Source: an uncultured Gammaproteobacteria bacterium
GTDB taxonomy: Bacteria > Pseudomonadota > Gammaproteobacteria > Chromatiales > Chromatiaceae
Reading direction: 5' to 3'
NCBI GenBank assembly: GCA_963820955.1
Contig: CAWGCA010000018.1
Coordinates: forward strand, 376 to 64,375
DNA: 64,000 bases
Shown: positions 55,851-64,000 of the stretch, piece by piece
Position numbering within the stretch: position 1 is the stretch's first letter
Layout of the letters: each line of letters begins with the position of its first letter
Translations under genes and position numbers: made by a program
The notes under the pieces: generated by a model
What the model saw: only the letters and a program-made list of their open reading frames with translations
What the model was told of the DNA's origin: nothing
Database searches by the model: none

Positions 55851-57467
55851 ATGTTTATGAGCGCCTTTTTGAAATACTCCCCCGGACGCATTCGTGTGCA
55901 CCTTTTCCGAGATCTGATGCTGGTGGTGCTGTTCGCAGTGGCTACGCTGGTGGCCGTCAACTACCTGCTGATTTCGGAGGTGCGTCGGGAACTGGCCTGG
56001 GGGCAGATTTCTCAATCTATGGTGCGGGTGCGGGACGAGGTGCGGCGTTTGCTTGAACCGGTCGAGCAGCAGCTTGCTATCCTGCGTGACCTGGGTCGAA
56101 CCGGAGAACTGGATCGGGGCGATGTTTCACGTTTGACCGCGCAGATGCTGCCAACCTTGACCCATCTGCCCCAGCTTTCCAGCCTGATCATCGTCGATGA
56201 TTCGGGGGCTGAATACTTCCTGCAGCGCGATGGAGCTCAGTGGCTTGTACGTGAAAGGATGGCTGGTGACAGTGGACGAGTGACCTGGCGTCGTTGGGGT
56301 TCTGGGGGCGGTGAGTTAGAGAGCTGGGATGAGACCCTGAGTTACGATCCCCGTCAGAGACCCTGGTTCGAAGAGGCGTTGGGTAAGGCCAGCAGCGCAG
56401 AGATCAGCTGGAGCCGGCCCTATCTGTTTTTCTCCCGTCAGGTGCCTGGGGTGACCGCCTCGGCGGCCTGGCGTGATGGCGAAAAAACGTTCGTCGTGGC
56501 GCTCGATGTGGAGCTGACGACTATTCTGGAAACCATCGACTCCTTGTCCCTGGACGAAGATGGAAAGGGTTTTCTCTTTCGCTCGGATGGTGGGGTTTAT
56601 GTGCCGCCGGTGGGCCAGACTGACCGGTTGCTGCCTGGAGCGGCGGAAAACTTTTTTTCGGCCAGCAGCAGTCACGGCGGCACTTTGTCGATCGATGCGG
56701 TGGCTGCCTGGCAGCGGCAGGGTGCGCCGGACGATAAGCCGATTCAATTCACCAGCGGTGAACGGTTGTGGTGGGGCGGATTCATGGCCCTTTACGCGGA
56801 CGACGAGGCGGCTTGGCTGGGGGTTGCGCTGCCCCTCGGTGATCTGTTGACGGTGTTGCAGCGCCGCTGGCAGTTGGTACTGATCGCTGCCTTGGCGGTG
56901 CTCGGTATGGCGCTGTTATTAATCGTTTTACTGGTGCGCAAATACAGTGGTCAGATCAAAGAGTTGCCCAGGCTGAGCATCGAGCGGAAGCGCTATCAGG
57001 AAGATATCCGTAGCTTGATTCACAGTGGCGAAAGCATGCACCTGGAGTTCAAGTCGACTATGCGCATGAATCTGCGCAGTGGCAAACCCGGGAAGGAGAT
57101 TGAGCTGGCCTGGCTCAAGGGTGCGGCAGCCTTTATGAATACCGAGGGAGGGATCCTGCTCATTGGGGTGGAGGACGACGGTACTGTCCTGGGAATAGAG
57201 GCGGATGGCTTCGAAAATGAGGACAAGTGCAGGCTTCATTTCAAGAATCTTTTCAATCAGCACCTGGGGCCTGAACTCTCAAAATACGTGCGCCTTGAGA
57301 TCTATCGGCTGGAAGAGCGGGAGGTGGTTGCCATAGAATGTGAACGCGCTGGAGAACCGGTGTTTCTGGTCCACAAACAGGGGGAGTCTTTCTATATCCG
57401 CAATGGGCCATCCAACATAGAATTAACCATCAGCCAGGCGCTGAGCTATCTGCGTCGTCGCTTCTGA
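55851..57467 (+). CDS. Transmembrane receptor: TM, dCache-like periplasmic domain, TM, cytoplasmic AlbA_2 (Schlafen-type) domain
   Basis: TM1 is LMLVVLFAVATLVAVNYLLI. The Cache hallmark is YDPRQRPWFEEAL...SWSRPYLFF. TM2 is LVLIAALAVLGMALLLIVLLV. The AlbA_2 pattern reads GESMHLEFKSTMR...AAAFMNTEGGILLIGVEDDGTVLGI. Confidence 0.8.
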   Translation: MFMSAFLKYSPGRIRVHLFRDLMLVVLFAVATLVAVNYLLISEVRRELAWGQISQSMVRVRDEVRRLLEPVEQQLAILRDLGRTGELDRGDVSRLTAQMLPTLTHLPQLSSLIIVDDSGAEYFLQRDGAQWLVRERMAGDSGRVTWRRWGSGGGELESWDETLSYDPRQRPWFEEALGKASSAEISWSRPYLFFSRQVPGVTASAAWRDGEKTFVVALDVELTTILETIDSLSLDEDGKGFLFRSDGGVYVPPVGQTDRLLPGAAENFFSASSSHGGTLSIDAVAAWQRQGAPDDKPIQFTSGERLWWGGFMALYADDEAAWLGVALPLGDLLTVLQRRWQLVLIAALAVLGMALLLIVLLVRKYSGQIKELPRLSIERKRYQEDIRSLIHSGESMHLEFKSTMRMNLRSGKPGKEIELAWLKGAAAFMNTEGGILLIGVEDDGTVLGIEADGFENEDKCRLHFKNLFNQHLGPELSKYVRLEIYRLEEREVVAIECERAGEPVFLVHKQGESFYIRNGPSNIELTISQALSYLRRRF

Positions 57468-58632
57468 CTCTGCTACCCATGGCCTGTTCGATGGCGCAGA
57501 TGCGCTGTTGGCGGATCAGTTCTTGAATCCTCGCCGAGTCCTTCTCCCCGGCTATCAGGGTCTCGATATCGAATGAACCAATGGCATGGAGGGCTTGGCG
57601 AAAAAGCTCGGTTGAGGGATAAGCCTGTGCGCAAGGGGCCTCCTGGCTCCGGTAGATCGCTTCGCAGGCTGACAGGAACTGGTCGAAGCGTTCAGGTCGG
57701 CGCAATGCGTCTGTTGCCAGCAACAATTGAAGGATCGATGCCGCCGACAGATCCGTCACCTTTTCCACTTGTGTATGGTAGCGGGCTACGAGTCGGGCCA
57801 GATCATGGAATCGCCGGGGGGCCTTCAGTCTCTCGCACAGGGCATCGATGGATATCAGATTTTTATCGATGAGCAGTGGCTGCTCTGACTCGCTCTGGGC
57901 TTCCAAAGCATTGGCATTGGTCAGGGCAGCAAAACGCACCTCGGGTTCAGATGAGAGCCCTGCTGCAGCGTTAAGTATCGCCCACGCCTTGGCCCCGGTA
58001 TCTATCTCCGGGAACAGTTGTTGCCTGGCTCCACACTGCTCCAGCACCTGAAAAAAAGGGGCAGGGTCTGTTTCACTTAGTACCTTGACCAACTCCTGCC
58101 ACACCCGTTCCGGTACCAGGGCATCGATCTCACCTGTTTCGACCATCTGTCGCATCAATGCCATGGTTTCGTGCGCCACACAAAAATGCAGACTGGCGTA
58201 GCGGGCGGCAAACCGGGCGACACGCAGGATACGTACCGGGTCCTCCGCGAACGAGGACGAGATATGGCGCAATATCCGATCCTTCAGATCGCGCTGGCCA
58301 CCAAATGGGTCGATCAGTTGGCCGTCTAGGTCCTGAGCGATGGCGTTGATAGTAAGGTCGCGCCGCCCCAGGTCTTGCTCCAGCGTCACGTCGGGAGTGG
58401 CATGTACGACAAACCATTGATCGCTGGATCTGTTTTTTCGCTCGGTGCGGGCCAGCGCATACTCTTCCTTGGTTTCCGGGTGCAGGAAGACCGGGAATTC
58501 TTTCCCCACCTGGAGGAAGCCCGCTGTCAACATCTCCTCCACAGTGGCACCCACCACCACAAAATCCCGTTCGCTCACTGGCCTGCCCAGCAGCGTGTCA
58601 CGCACGGCTCCCCCCACCAGATAGCTTTTCAT
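57430..58632 (-). CDS. cca: CCA-adding tRNA nucleotidyltransferase
   Basis: MKSYLVGGAVRDTLLGRPVSERDFVV, RRDLTINAIA and EDPVRILRVARFAARY are present. The 3' end overlaps the convergent receptor gene by 38 nt. Confidence 0.9.
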   Translation of the reverse strand: MKSYLVGGAVRDTLLGRPVSERDFVVVGATVEEMLTAGFLQVGKEFPVFLHPETKEEYALARTERKNRSSDQWFVVHATPDVTLEQDLGRRDLTINAIAQDLDGQLIDPFGGQRDLKDRILRHISSSFAEDPVRILRVARFAARYASLHFCVAHETMALMRQMVETGEIDALVPERVWQELVKVLSETDPAPFFQVLEQCGARQQLFPEIDTGAKAWAILNAAAGLSSEPEVRFAALTNANALEAQSESEQPLLIDKNLISIDALCERLKAPRRFHDLARLVARYHTQVEKVTDLSAASILQLLLATDALRRPERFDQFLSACEAIYRSQEAPCAQAYPSTELFRQALHAIGSFDIETLIAGEKDSARIQELIRQQRICAIEQAMGSRVRSDDADSSAPG

Positions 58633-58763
58633 CGCATCAGCCCAAGTCCGTGGTCAATGGAACAGGTGGCGGGTTGGGGGGCATGGGCAGAATAGAATTA
58701 TATTGAGATTGATAGATGATCGATATGCAAGTATAGCGGCTATACAACCTCATGCCCGTCAAT

Positions 58764-58790
58764 GGATATCCGCATAGTGTTAACAGGCCC
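58764..58790. mobile_element. Solo right terminal repeat of MITE family C
   Basis: GGATATCCGCATAGTGTTAACAGGCCC matches the family C TIR, with no left partner nearby. Confidence 0.45.
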
Positions 58791-58884
58791 TGATACGATC
58801 ATACTCGCCAAATTGTTATCTGAAAATAATTGAACCCCGCAGCGGAATTGAATGGCGAATGAGTCTCAGGGGTAGGCAGGTCAA

Positions 58885-59026
58885 GGGCATCGCGAAAAAT
58901 TTGGGGTAACTGTGTGGTGCAGAGACGCAGGACTGTTTCAATGCGCGTAAGGGTATTAAAACGAAGGCGGTCGGAAATCTCGCTTTTCGATCGCCCTATC
59001 GATCAACACAAGGGATTTTGCGAATT
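58885..59026 (-). mobile_element. MITE-like element, family A copy 6 (degenerate)
   Basis: GGGCATCGCGAAAAATTTGGGGTAACTGTGTGGTGCAGAGACGC ... GAAATCTCGCTTTTCGATCGCCCTATCGA ... AAGGGATTTTGCGAA is collinear with the reverse of family A. Confidence 0.5.
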
Positions 59027-59027
59027 A

Positions 59028-59061
59028 AACAAAAAGGCCAGCAGAATAAATCCTGCTGGCC
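59028..59061 (-). terminator. Rho-independent terminator of the small secreted paralogue
   Basis: The minus strand reads GGCCAGCAG-GATTTATT-CTGCTGGCC, a perfect 9-bp stem, followed by TTTTTGTTT. Confidence 0.65.
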
Positions 59062-59087
59062 CTTGTTCAGACCTATGCATCTATAAC

Positions 59088-59378
59088 TTAGGATCCGTAA
59101 ATCAGGTCGGTCGACATATCTCGGTCATCCGCTACCCGTTCCGGTGAACGGAACATCGCTGATTCCGTTTGCCCGTCGCGATTGTAAAGAAAATCCGTCT
59201 CGCCTTCGCTCTGCACCGGTCCGGTGTAGACGAAGACCTGGGAGGGGCTGGCGGCTACTTTGCCATTGCCGTAAATCATATCGCCTTCGGAGTCGCTCTG
59301 TATGGCCCCGGCCAGGCTGCTGCCGGCATACAGAAGCGAAGAGATCAGGGTGGCGGTGGTAGCTATATTCGTTTTCAT
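59088..59378 (-). CDS. Small secreted repeat protein (paralogue of 40902-41195)
   Basis: The signal peptide is MKTNIATTATLISSLLYAGSSLAG. Shared blocks are QSDSEGDMIYG, VAASPSQVFVYTGPVQ and ADDRDMSTDLIYGS-stop. The 5' leader is conserved (AACTTTGAAACTGGAGAACGACC-ATG). Confidence 0.65.
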   Translation of the reverse strand: MKTNIATTATLISSLLYAGSSLAGAIQSDSEGDMIYGNGKVAASPSQVFVYTGPVQSEGETDFLYNRDGQTESAMFRSPERVADDRDMSTDLIYGS

Positions 59379-59483
59379 GGTCGTTCTCCAGTTTCAAAGT
59401 TAATGTTGGTAGTTGTTACGCATGTTCGATCGCTTTGGATCACTGCCTGTCCCCTTGGCGTTCATGCATGGCACGAGATGGGG

Positions 59484-59499
59484 CAGATGCCGTGCCAAC
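59484..59499 (-). promoter_or_regulatory. Candidate sigma54 (-24/-12) promoter
   Basis: The minus strand reads TTGGCACGGCATCTGC, i.e. TGGCACG-N4-CTGC, about 106 nt upstream of ATG 59378. Confidence 0.45.
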
Positions 59500-60062
59500 T
59501 TTGAAGAAATATAGTAATTACTATAAATTACAACATCATAGAGTGAGGTTATCCGATGAGAGTGAGCGCCTGGCTCCGGAACCATACGAACGTTCCATGA
59601 AACCGGTTTGTATCGATTCGTTATGTCAGGCGTTGGCGGGTGCGTTTTCTCGCTCCCTGAACTCGGCCTTGATAGCGATCACAATGGTTGAAAAAAGTGG
59701 TCGTTTCCCCTCCTGCTCCAGAGGTATACTAAAACCTTTCTATCTACCCCATTACCAGGTCTAATCCTGGGGATTTGCCGGGGTGATGATTTTCCGGACG
59801 CGTTGCCATTCTGGGTGCAACAATGCAGATTGCTTTGGGAGCAATCCGATATCTTCTGTGTCGGGGTGTAGCGCTCTGGTCTCGAATTGAAATCAGCATG
59901 GGCCATGCCGGGCCTGCAGCCAGGGCTGATTGAAGACAGAGTCTGGGTACCTCCTCGTGAACGAAGACAATCGCTATCTGGTGGCTATCCTGTAGAACTT
60001 TCCGGGGTTCCATGCCCATGGTAAGGATGCTATCTGGACGGGAAGGGTTTTGCTCAACTTAA

Positions 60063-60183
60063 GGGTACTTCGAAAAATTTCTTCCATGGGATTTTCCGAT
60101 CGCCCACATTTTCATGTGCTTACGCGCACGAAAATAGTGGTGCCTCCCTGCACCACACACACCTCGAATTTTTCGAGGAGCCC
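60063..60183 (+). mobile_element. MITE-like element, family A copy 7 (internal ~30-bp deletion)
   Basis: GGGTACTTCGAAAAATTTCTTCCATGGGATTTTCCGATCGCC ... CTCCCTGCACCACACACACCTCGAATTTTTCGAGGAGCCC. It is followed at 60219-60232 by a family C end fragment, GTGTTAACAGGCCC. Confidence 0.65.
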
Positions 60184-60312
60184 TAAATTGCTCCGTGGTG
60201 GTGGTCTTGGTCATTGGAGTGTTAACAGGCCCGAGTTTTTCACCAAAGCGGATTACGGAATTGGCAACACCAGTGCCGGATCGAATTCGATTCATTGAGA
60301 TGTGGTAATAAC

Positions 60313-62286
60313 ATGACCGAACAAGGGAAGAACAAAACGACGATAAAGCGGGCAATAAAACGGCTGGCGTCCATCGTCCTGTTTGTGATGCTGGCTGCTT
60401 TTCTAGCCTATGAAGTGCCGACCATCGAGGTTGCCTGGGTCACAGCAATTCTTTTGCTCACTATCTATCTCTTCGCGTTCGAGGTCGTCGATGTGGACGT
60501 GGCGGCGATCACCATCATGGTAATCCTGGGTCTGACCGGGCTGTTCGCGCCCTCAATGGGGCTGGAACAGGGATTGGTCGACAGCAAACACCTTTTCGAT
60601 GGCTTTTCGAGCAATGCCGTCATTTCGATCATTGCCGTTATGATCATCGGTGCCGGTTTGGACAAAACGGGCATTATGAGCAAGGTCGCCGCCTTCATTC
60701 TGAAGATTGGCGGTTCTGCGGAAGGACGTATTGTTCCGATCATTTCCAGTACCGTGGCGATCATATCCTCTTTTATGCAGAATGTGGGGGCCGCAGCGTT
60801 GTTTCTGCCGGTCGTCTCGCGTATTTCGGCCCGCTCCGGGCTGCCCATGTCCCGTTTGCTGATGCCCATGGGTTTCTGCGCCATTCTTGGTGGTACGGTG
60901 ACGATGGTGGGTTCCTCGCCCCTGATCCTGTTGAATGATCTGATTTTGACCTCAAATACCGCGCTGCCGTCGGATCAGCAGATGCAGCCATGGGGGCTTT
61001 TTTCGGTTACTCCGGTCGGTCTGGTTTTAGTCGCCAGCGGCATCGTCTATTTTTTGCTGGCAGGGCGCTTCGTTCTGCCCGCCACCCAAGGTAGCGGCAG
61101 TACCAGCGGATCTGACGCCATGGAGTACTTTCATAAACTCTATGGCCTGAAGCCTTCCCTGCGTGAGATCGTTGTGCCTGATCGCAGCAAACTTGTCGGC
61201 CGTTTGTTGGGCGAGATAGAAGGTACCTACAGTCTCCGGGTAATCGGCCTCAAACGCAGCGGTCAGGCCAGTATGGTAGGGCCGGGATCAGCGGCTTACG
61301 ATACCGAGTTAGAAGCTGGTATGGTGCTGGGGATTATCGCCTTAAAGGTCCATATCGACACCTTTGTCAACAAGTATGAGTTGAAGAAGCGAAAGGAAAT
61401 GCGGAGTTTCTCCGAATCCCTGTCACCCACCAAGGCTGGTATCGCGGAGGTGGTTATTCCGCCAGGCTCTAATCTCATCGGCAAGAGTGCGCGTGAAGCC
61501 TGGCTGCGTAAGACCCACGGTCTTAGCATGATTGCCCTGCACCGTGGCGGCGAAACGCTGCGCCAGGGGGAGAATATACGAAGCATGCCTTTTCAAGTGG
61601 GCGATGCCCTGGTGGTTCACACTACCTGGGAGAACCTGGCCCGGTTGGAAAGCGATCGGAATTTCGTGGTAGTCACCACCGAATTTCCCCATGAAGAATC
61701 GCGTCCCCAGAAGGTGGGCTGGGCCGCGCTGTTTTTCTCCATTGCGCTTTATCTGGTGCTGTTCACTGAGATTCGTCTTTCAATCGCGCTGTTGACTGGT
61801 GCAGCGGGCATGATTCTTTCCGGGGTATTAAAGATCGATGAGGCCTATCAGGCGGTCTCCTGGAAGACTGTCTTTCTATTGGCCAGCTTGATTCCCCTTG
61901 GTCTGGCGGTAGAACAGTCAGGCACTGCAAAGTGGATTGCCGAGCAGACGCTGTCGCTGATGGGCGATATGCCGGTGTGGGTAATACAGGTGGCGGTCGC
62001 GGCGCTTTCCACGTTTTTTACCCTGGTGATGTCCAACGTAGGAGCCACCGTTCTGTTGGTGCCTCTGGCGGTCAATATTGCAATCGGCGTGGGTGCGGAC
62101 CCGGCGGTGTTTGCGTTGACAGTGGCTATCGCTACATCCAATTCCTTCTTGATTCCCACCCACCAGGTGAACGCACTGATTATGGGGCCAGCGGGCTATC
62201 GAGTCCCGGATTTCATCCGTGCGGGCAGTCTTATGACAGTGCTGTTTCTCATCGTGATGATCGTAATGATGAATCTGCTGTTCTGA
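60313..62286 (+). CDS. SLC13/DASS-family permease with two central TrkA-C (RCK_C) domains
   Basis: About 657 aa and multi-TM. The central soluble repeats are REIVVPDRSKLVGRLLGEI..LRVIGLKRSG and IAEVVIPPGSNLIGKSAREA..LSMIALHRGG. Confidence 0.88.
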   Translation: MTEQGKNKTTIKRAIKRLASIVLFVMLAAFLAYEVPTIEVAWVTAILLLTIYLFAFEVVDVDVAAITIMVILGLTGLFAPSMGLEQGLVDSKHLFDGFSSNAVISIIAVMIIGAGLDKTGIMSKVAAFILKIGGSAEGRIVPIISSTVAIISSFMQNVGAAALFLPVVSRISARSGLPMSRLLMPMGFCAILGGTVTMVGSSPLILLNDLILTSNTALPSDQQMQPWGLFSVTPVGLVLVASGIVYFLLAGRFVLPATQGSGSTSGSDAMEYFHKLYGLKPSLREIVVPDRSKLVGRLLGEIEGTYSLRVIGLKRSGQASMVGPGSAAYDTELEAGMVLGIIALKVHIDTFVNKYELKKRKEMRSFSESLSPTKAGIAEVVIPPGSNLIGKSAREAWLRKTHGLSMIALHRGGETLRQGENIRSMPFQVGDALVVHTTWENLARLESDRNFVVVTTEFPHEESRPQKVGWAALFFSIALYLVLFTEIRLSIALLTGAAGMILSGVLKIDEAYQAVSWKTVFLLASLIPLGLAVEQSGTAKWIAEQTLSLMGDMPVWVIQVAVAALSTFFTLVMSNVGATVLLVPLAVNIAIGVGADPAVFALTVAIATSNSFLIPTHQVNALIMGPAGYRVPDFIRAGSLMTVLFLIVMIVMMNLLF

Positions 62287-62387
62287 GTGCGAGGACTGGG
62301 ATCCTATGGCAATAGAAAACGCCGCGCCTCTAGTGAGAGCACTCCCAATCATGAATACATGACCCGGCATACTCCCCCGGGCAGTAG

Positions 62388-62732
62388 TCAGCAGGTTAAA
62401 TGCAACGCTGCTACAATACGGGCGCAGTTCTGCTGAAGTTGATTGAAAACATCCACCGCCTCTGGTGTTTTTACCACTTCAACCTTGATCCCCTTGTCGT
62501 TCAAAAAAGAGCGGGTGGCATCGGGTACCCGCATGCGTCCGAAATAACCGGTACCTATGACGACCACTTGCGGTTTGGCATCGATGGCCGTATCAAGGTC
62601 TCCAATGGCCAGATTATGCCCTTCTGCGCGCCACCAGCCGTTTTGTACCCCCTCCGGTGTGATGACGACATCGGTGCTGTAATTCTTACCGTCGACTTCG
62701 ATGTGACCAAAGGTATAGTTTGTGATCTTCAT
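62388..62732 (-). CDS. Mth938-like (DUF498) domain protein
   Basis: 114 aa reading FGHIEVDGKNYSTDVVI, PQVVVIGTGYFGRMRVP, GIKVEVVKTPEAVDVFN and ARIVAALHLTC. Confidence 0.75.
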   Translation of the reverse strand: MKITNYTFGHIEVDGKNYSTDVVITPEGVQNGWWRAEGHNLAIGDLDTAIDAKPQVVVIGTGYFGRMRVPDATRSFLNDKGIKVEVVKTPEAVDVFNQLQQNCARIVAALHLTC

Positions 62733-63029
62733 ATTGTTAAGACTCGGTGATTCTGACTCTTTTGGAACTGCAAGTTCAATCTCCGTATTCCGGTAATGCC
62801 ATCCGGAGGAGGAATACTAGTACCAAGAATAATAGCTTAGTGTCCCGGTCGGAGGTGGTGGAACCTCCCGCCTTCAGACGAAAAAAGTTGCTGGCACCCC
62901 TCAATACCACTCCTGGTGCCTGTTTTCCGTCGCAGCATGTTTTTGTCCTGTTTAAACGGGACTCATTTCGCTTGCAGCATACCTCAGGGTGTGGATACTA
63001 GGTCATGTTGTAGCACCAGAGAGAATACC

Positions 63030-64000
63030 GTGAATCCTCGCCCCGTTTTACTCGCTGTTTTTGATGGCTTCGGCCTTAATCCTAGTCGGGTCCACAACGC
63101 CTGGGCACTCGCCAAGACCCCGAACCTCGACTACTACTTCGCCTCCTATCCCCACACCGCGCTACAGGCATCGGGGCGCGCTGTCGGTTTGCCCGATTCG
63201 CAGTTTGGGAATTCGGAGGTGGGTCACCTGACGCTCGGTGCCGGGCGGGTGCTGGAACAGGACCTGGTCCGCATCGCGGACACCATTTACGATGGGAGTC
63301 TGGTTGACCAGCCCGCCTGGCAGTCGATGCTTCAGGGGACCTCGCGTCTCCACCTGGTGGGTATGGTTTCGGATGGTGGTGTTCACTCCCACATAGAGCA
63401 CCTCCTTGGAATTCTGGATCTGCTGCGCAGGCAGGGTGTGGAACCCGTGGTGCATATGATAACCGATGGGAGGGATACACCGCCCAAAGCTGCACTCAAC
63501 TACTTGAAGAACCTGGAGGAATCACTGGCGCGTTTCGACCGTGGCCAGATTGCGACGTTGAGCGGCCGGTACTGTGCAATGGATCGGGCCAGTAACTGGG
63601 ATCGAACCCAGCGCGCCTGGGATACCATCATACAAGGCAAGGGATTGGCCGCCGATTCGCCTCGAGCAGCTATCGAGTCCGCCTATGATCGGGGTGAGGG
63701 TGATGAGTTTATACAGCCTACCGTGATTGGTGCCTATGATGGCATCCCGCAGGATGAGCCCATCCTGTTCTTCAATTTTCGCAGCGACCGTGCCCGTCAA
63801 CTGGCCGCCGCTGTCGGTCTGAATGAATTTGACGCATTCGATCGGAAGGGCCTGGGCCCGCGGCGGCTGTATTGTATGACTGAGTATGACGCGCAGTATC
63901 CCTTCGATGTGCTGTTTGAGCCGCTGGTACCCGAACAGGTTCTGTCGGAAATAATCAGTGACGTAGGCCTCAAACAGTTTCACTGCGCCGAGACCGAGAA
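63030..64000 (+). CDS. gpmI: 2,3-bisphosphoglycerate-independent phosphoglycerate mutase, 3' end outside the window
   Basis: Hand translation from GTG 63030 gives VLLAVFDGFGLNPS, FGNSEVGHLTLGAGR, VGMVSDGGVHSH and ITDGRDTPP. It is absent from the ORF track because no stop lies inside the window. Confidence 0.9.
   Translation, partial: MNPRPVLLAVFDGFGLNPSRVHNAWALAKTPNLDYYFASYPHTALQASGRAVGLPDSQFGNSEVGHLTLGAGRVLEQDLVRIADTIYDGSLVDQPAWQSMLQGTSRLHLVGMVSDGGVHSHIEHLLGILDLLRRQGVEPVVHMITDGRDTPPKAALNYLKNLEESLARFDRGQIATLSGRYCAMDRASNWDRTQRAWDTIIQGKGLAADSPRAAIESAYDRGEGDEFIQPTVIGAYDGIPQDEPILFFNFRSDRARQLAAAVGLNEFDAFDRKGLGPRRLYCMTEYDAQYPFDVLFEPLVPEQVLSEIISDVGLKQFHCAETE

Noticed and set aside
59435-60019. ORFs 59435-59764 (+), 59679-59906 (-) and 59744-60019 (-)
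   Set aside because: They overlap one another, have no RBS or recognisable motif, and have Arg/Pro/Ser-biased composition. I treated the region as non-coding or regulatory (see findings).

Overview
The window is a composite of two unrelated backgrounds. (1) Positions 1 to ~3840 are visibly G+C-rich, alphaproteobacterium-like DNA. They carry four recognisable genes: an Lrp/AsnC tail, a cytochrome P450, a DctB-like sensor kinase and a DctD-like sigma54 response regulator. Every one is broken by frame shifts, and the last is cut inside its Walker A box. (2) Positions ~3841 to 64000 are moderate-G+C gammaproteobacterial chromosome. Gene content suggests a PHA-storing, sulfur-metabolising, Chromatiales-like organism, but that is inference only. 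This part holds about 45 CDS: class III PHA synthase phaEC; housekeeping genes (tag, fbaA, ppnN, mdh, glgX, cca, gpmI, csp, usp, hsp20); a P-type ATPase; the conserved but functionally unsolved transglutaminase / circularly-permuted ATP-grasp / alpha-E / Anbu-proteasome cluster (23.1-31.3 kb); gspA/gspB (exeAB-like) with a long 15-bp in-frame tandem repeat; and several unusual proteins. The unusual ones are an HTH-[2Fe-2S]-FNR fusion, a DsrC/TusE homologue lacking the terminal Cys, two tandem Met-rich membrane-anchored paralogues, two dispersed small secreted paralogues each behind a sigma54-type promoter, a rhodanese-MBL fusion and a Cache-AlbA_2 membrane receptor. Intergenic DNA in part (2) is saturated with at least five families of MITE-like inverted-repeat elements (about 20 copies or fragments, one with a perfect 9-bp target-site duplication). 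No transposase, integrase, rRNA, tRNA or CRISPR array was recognised. All calls come from reading the ORF translations and the DNA by eye. No database search was run.
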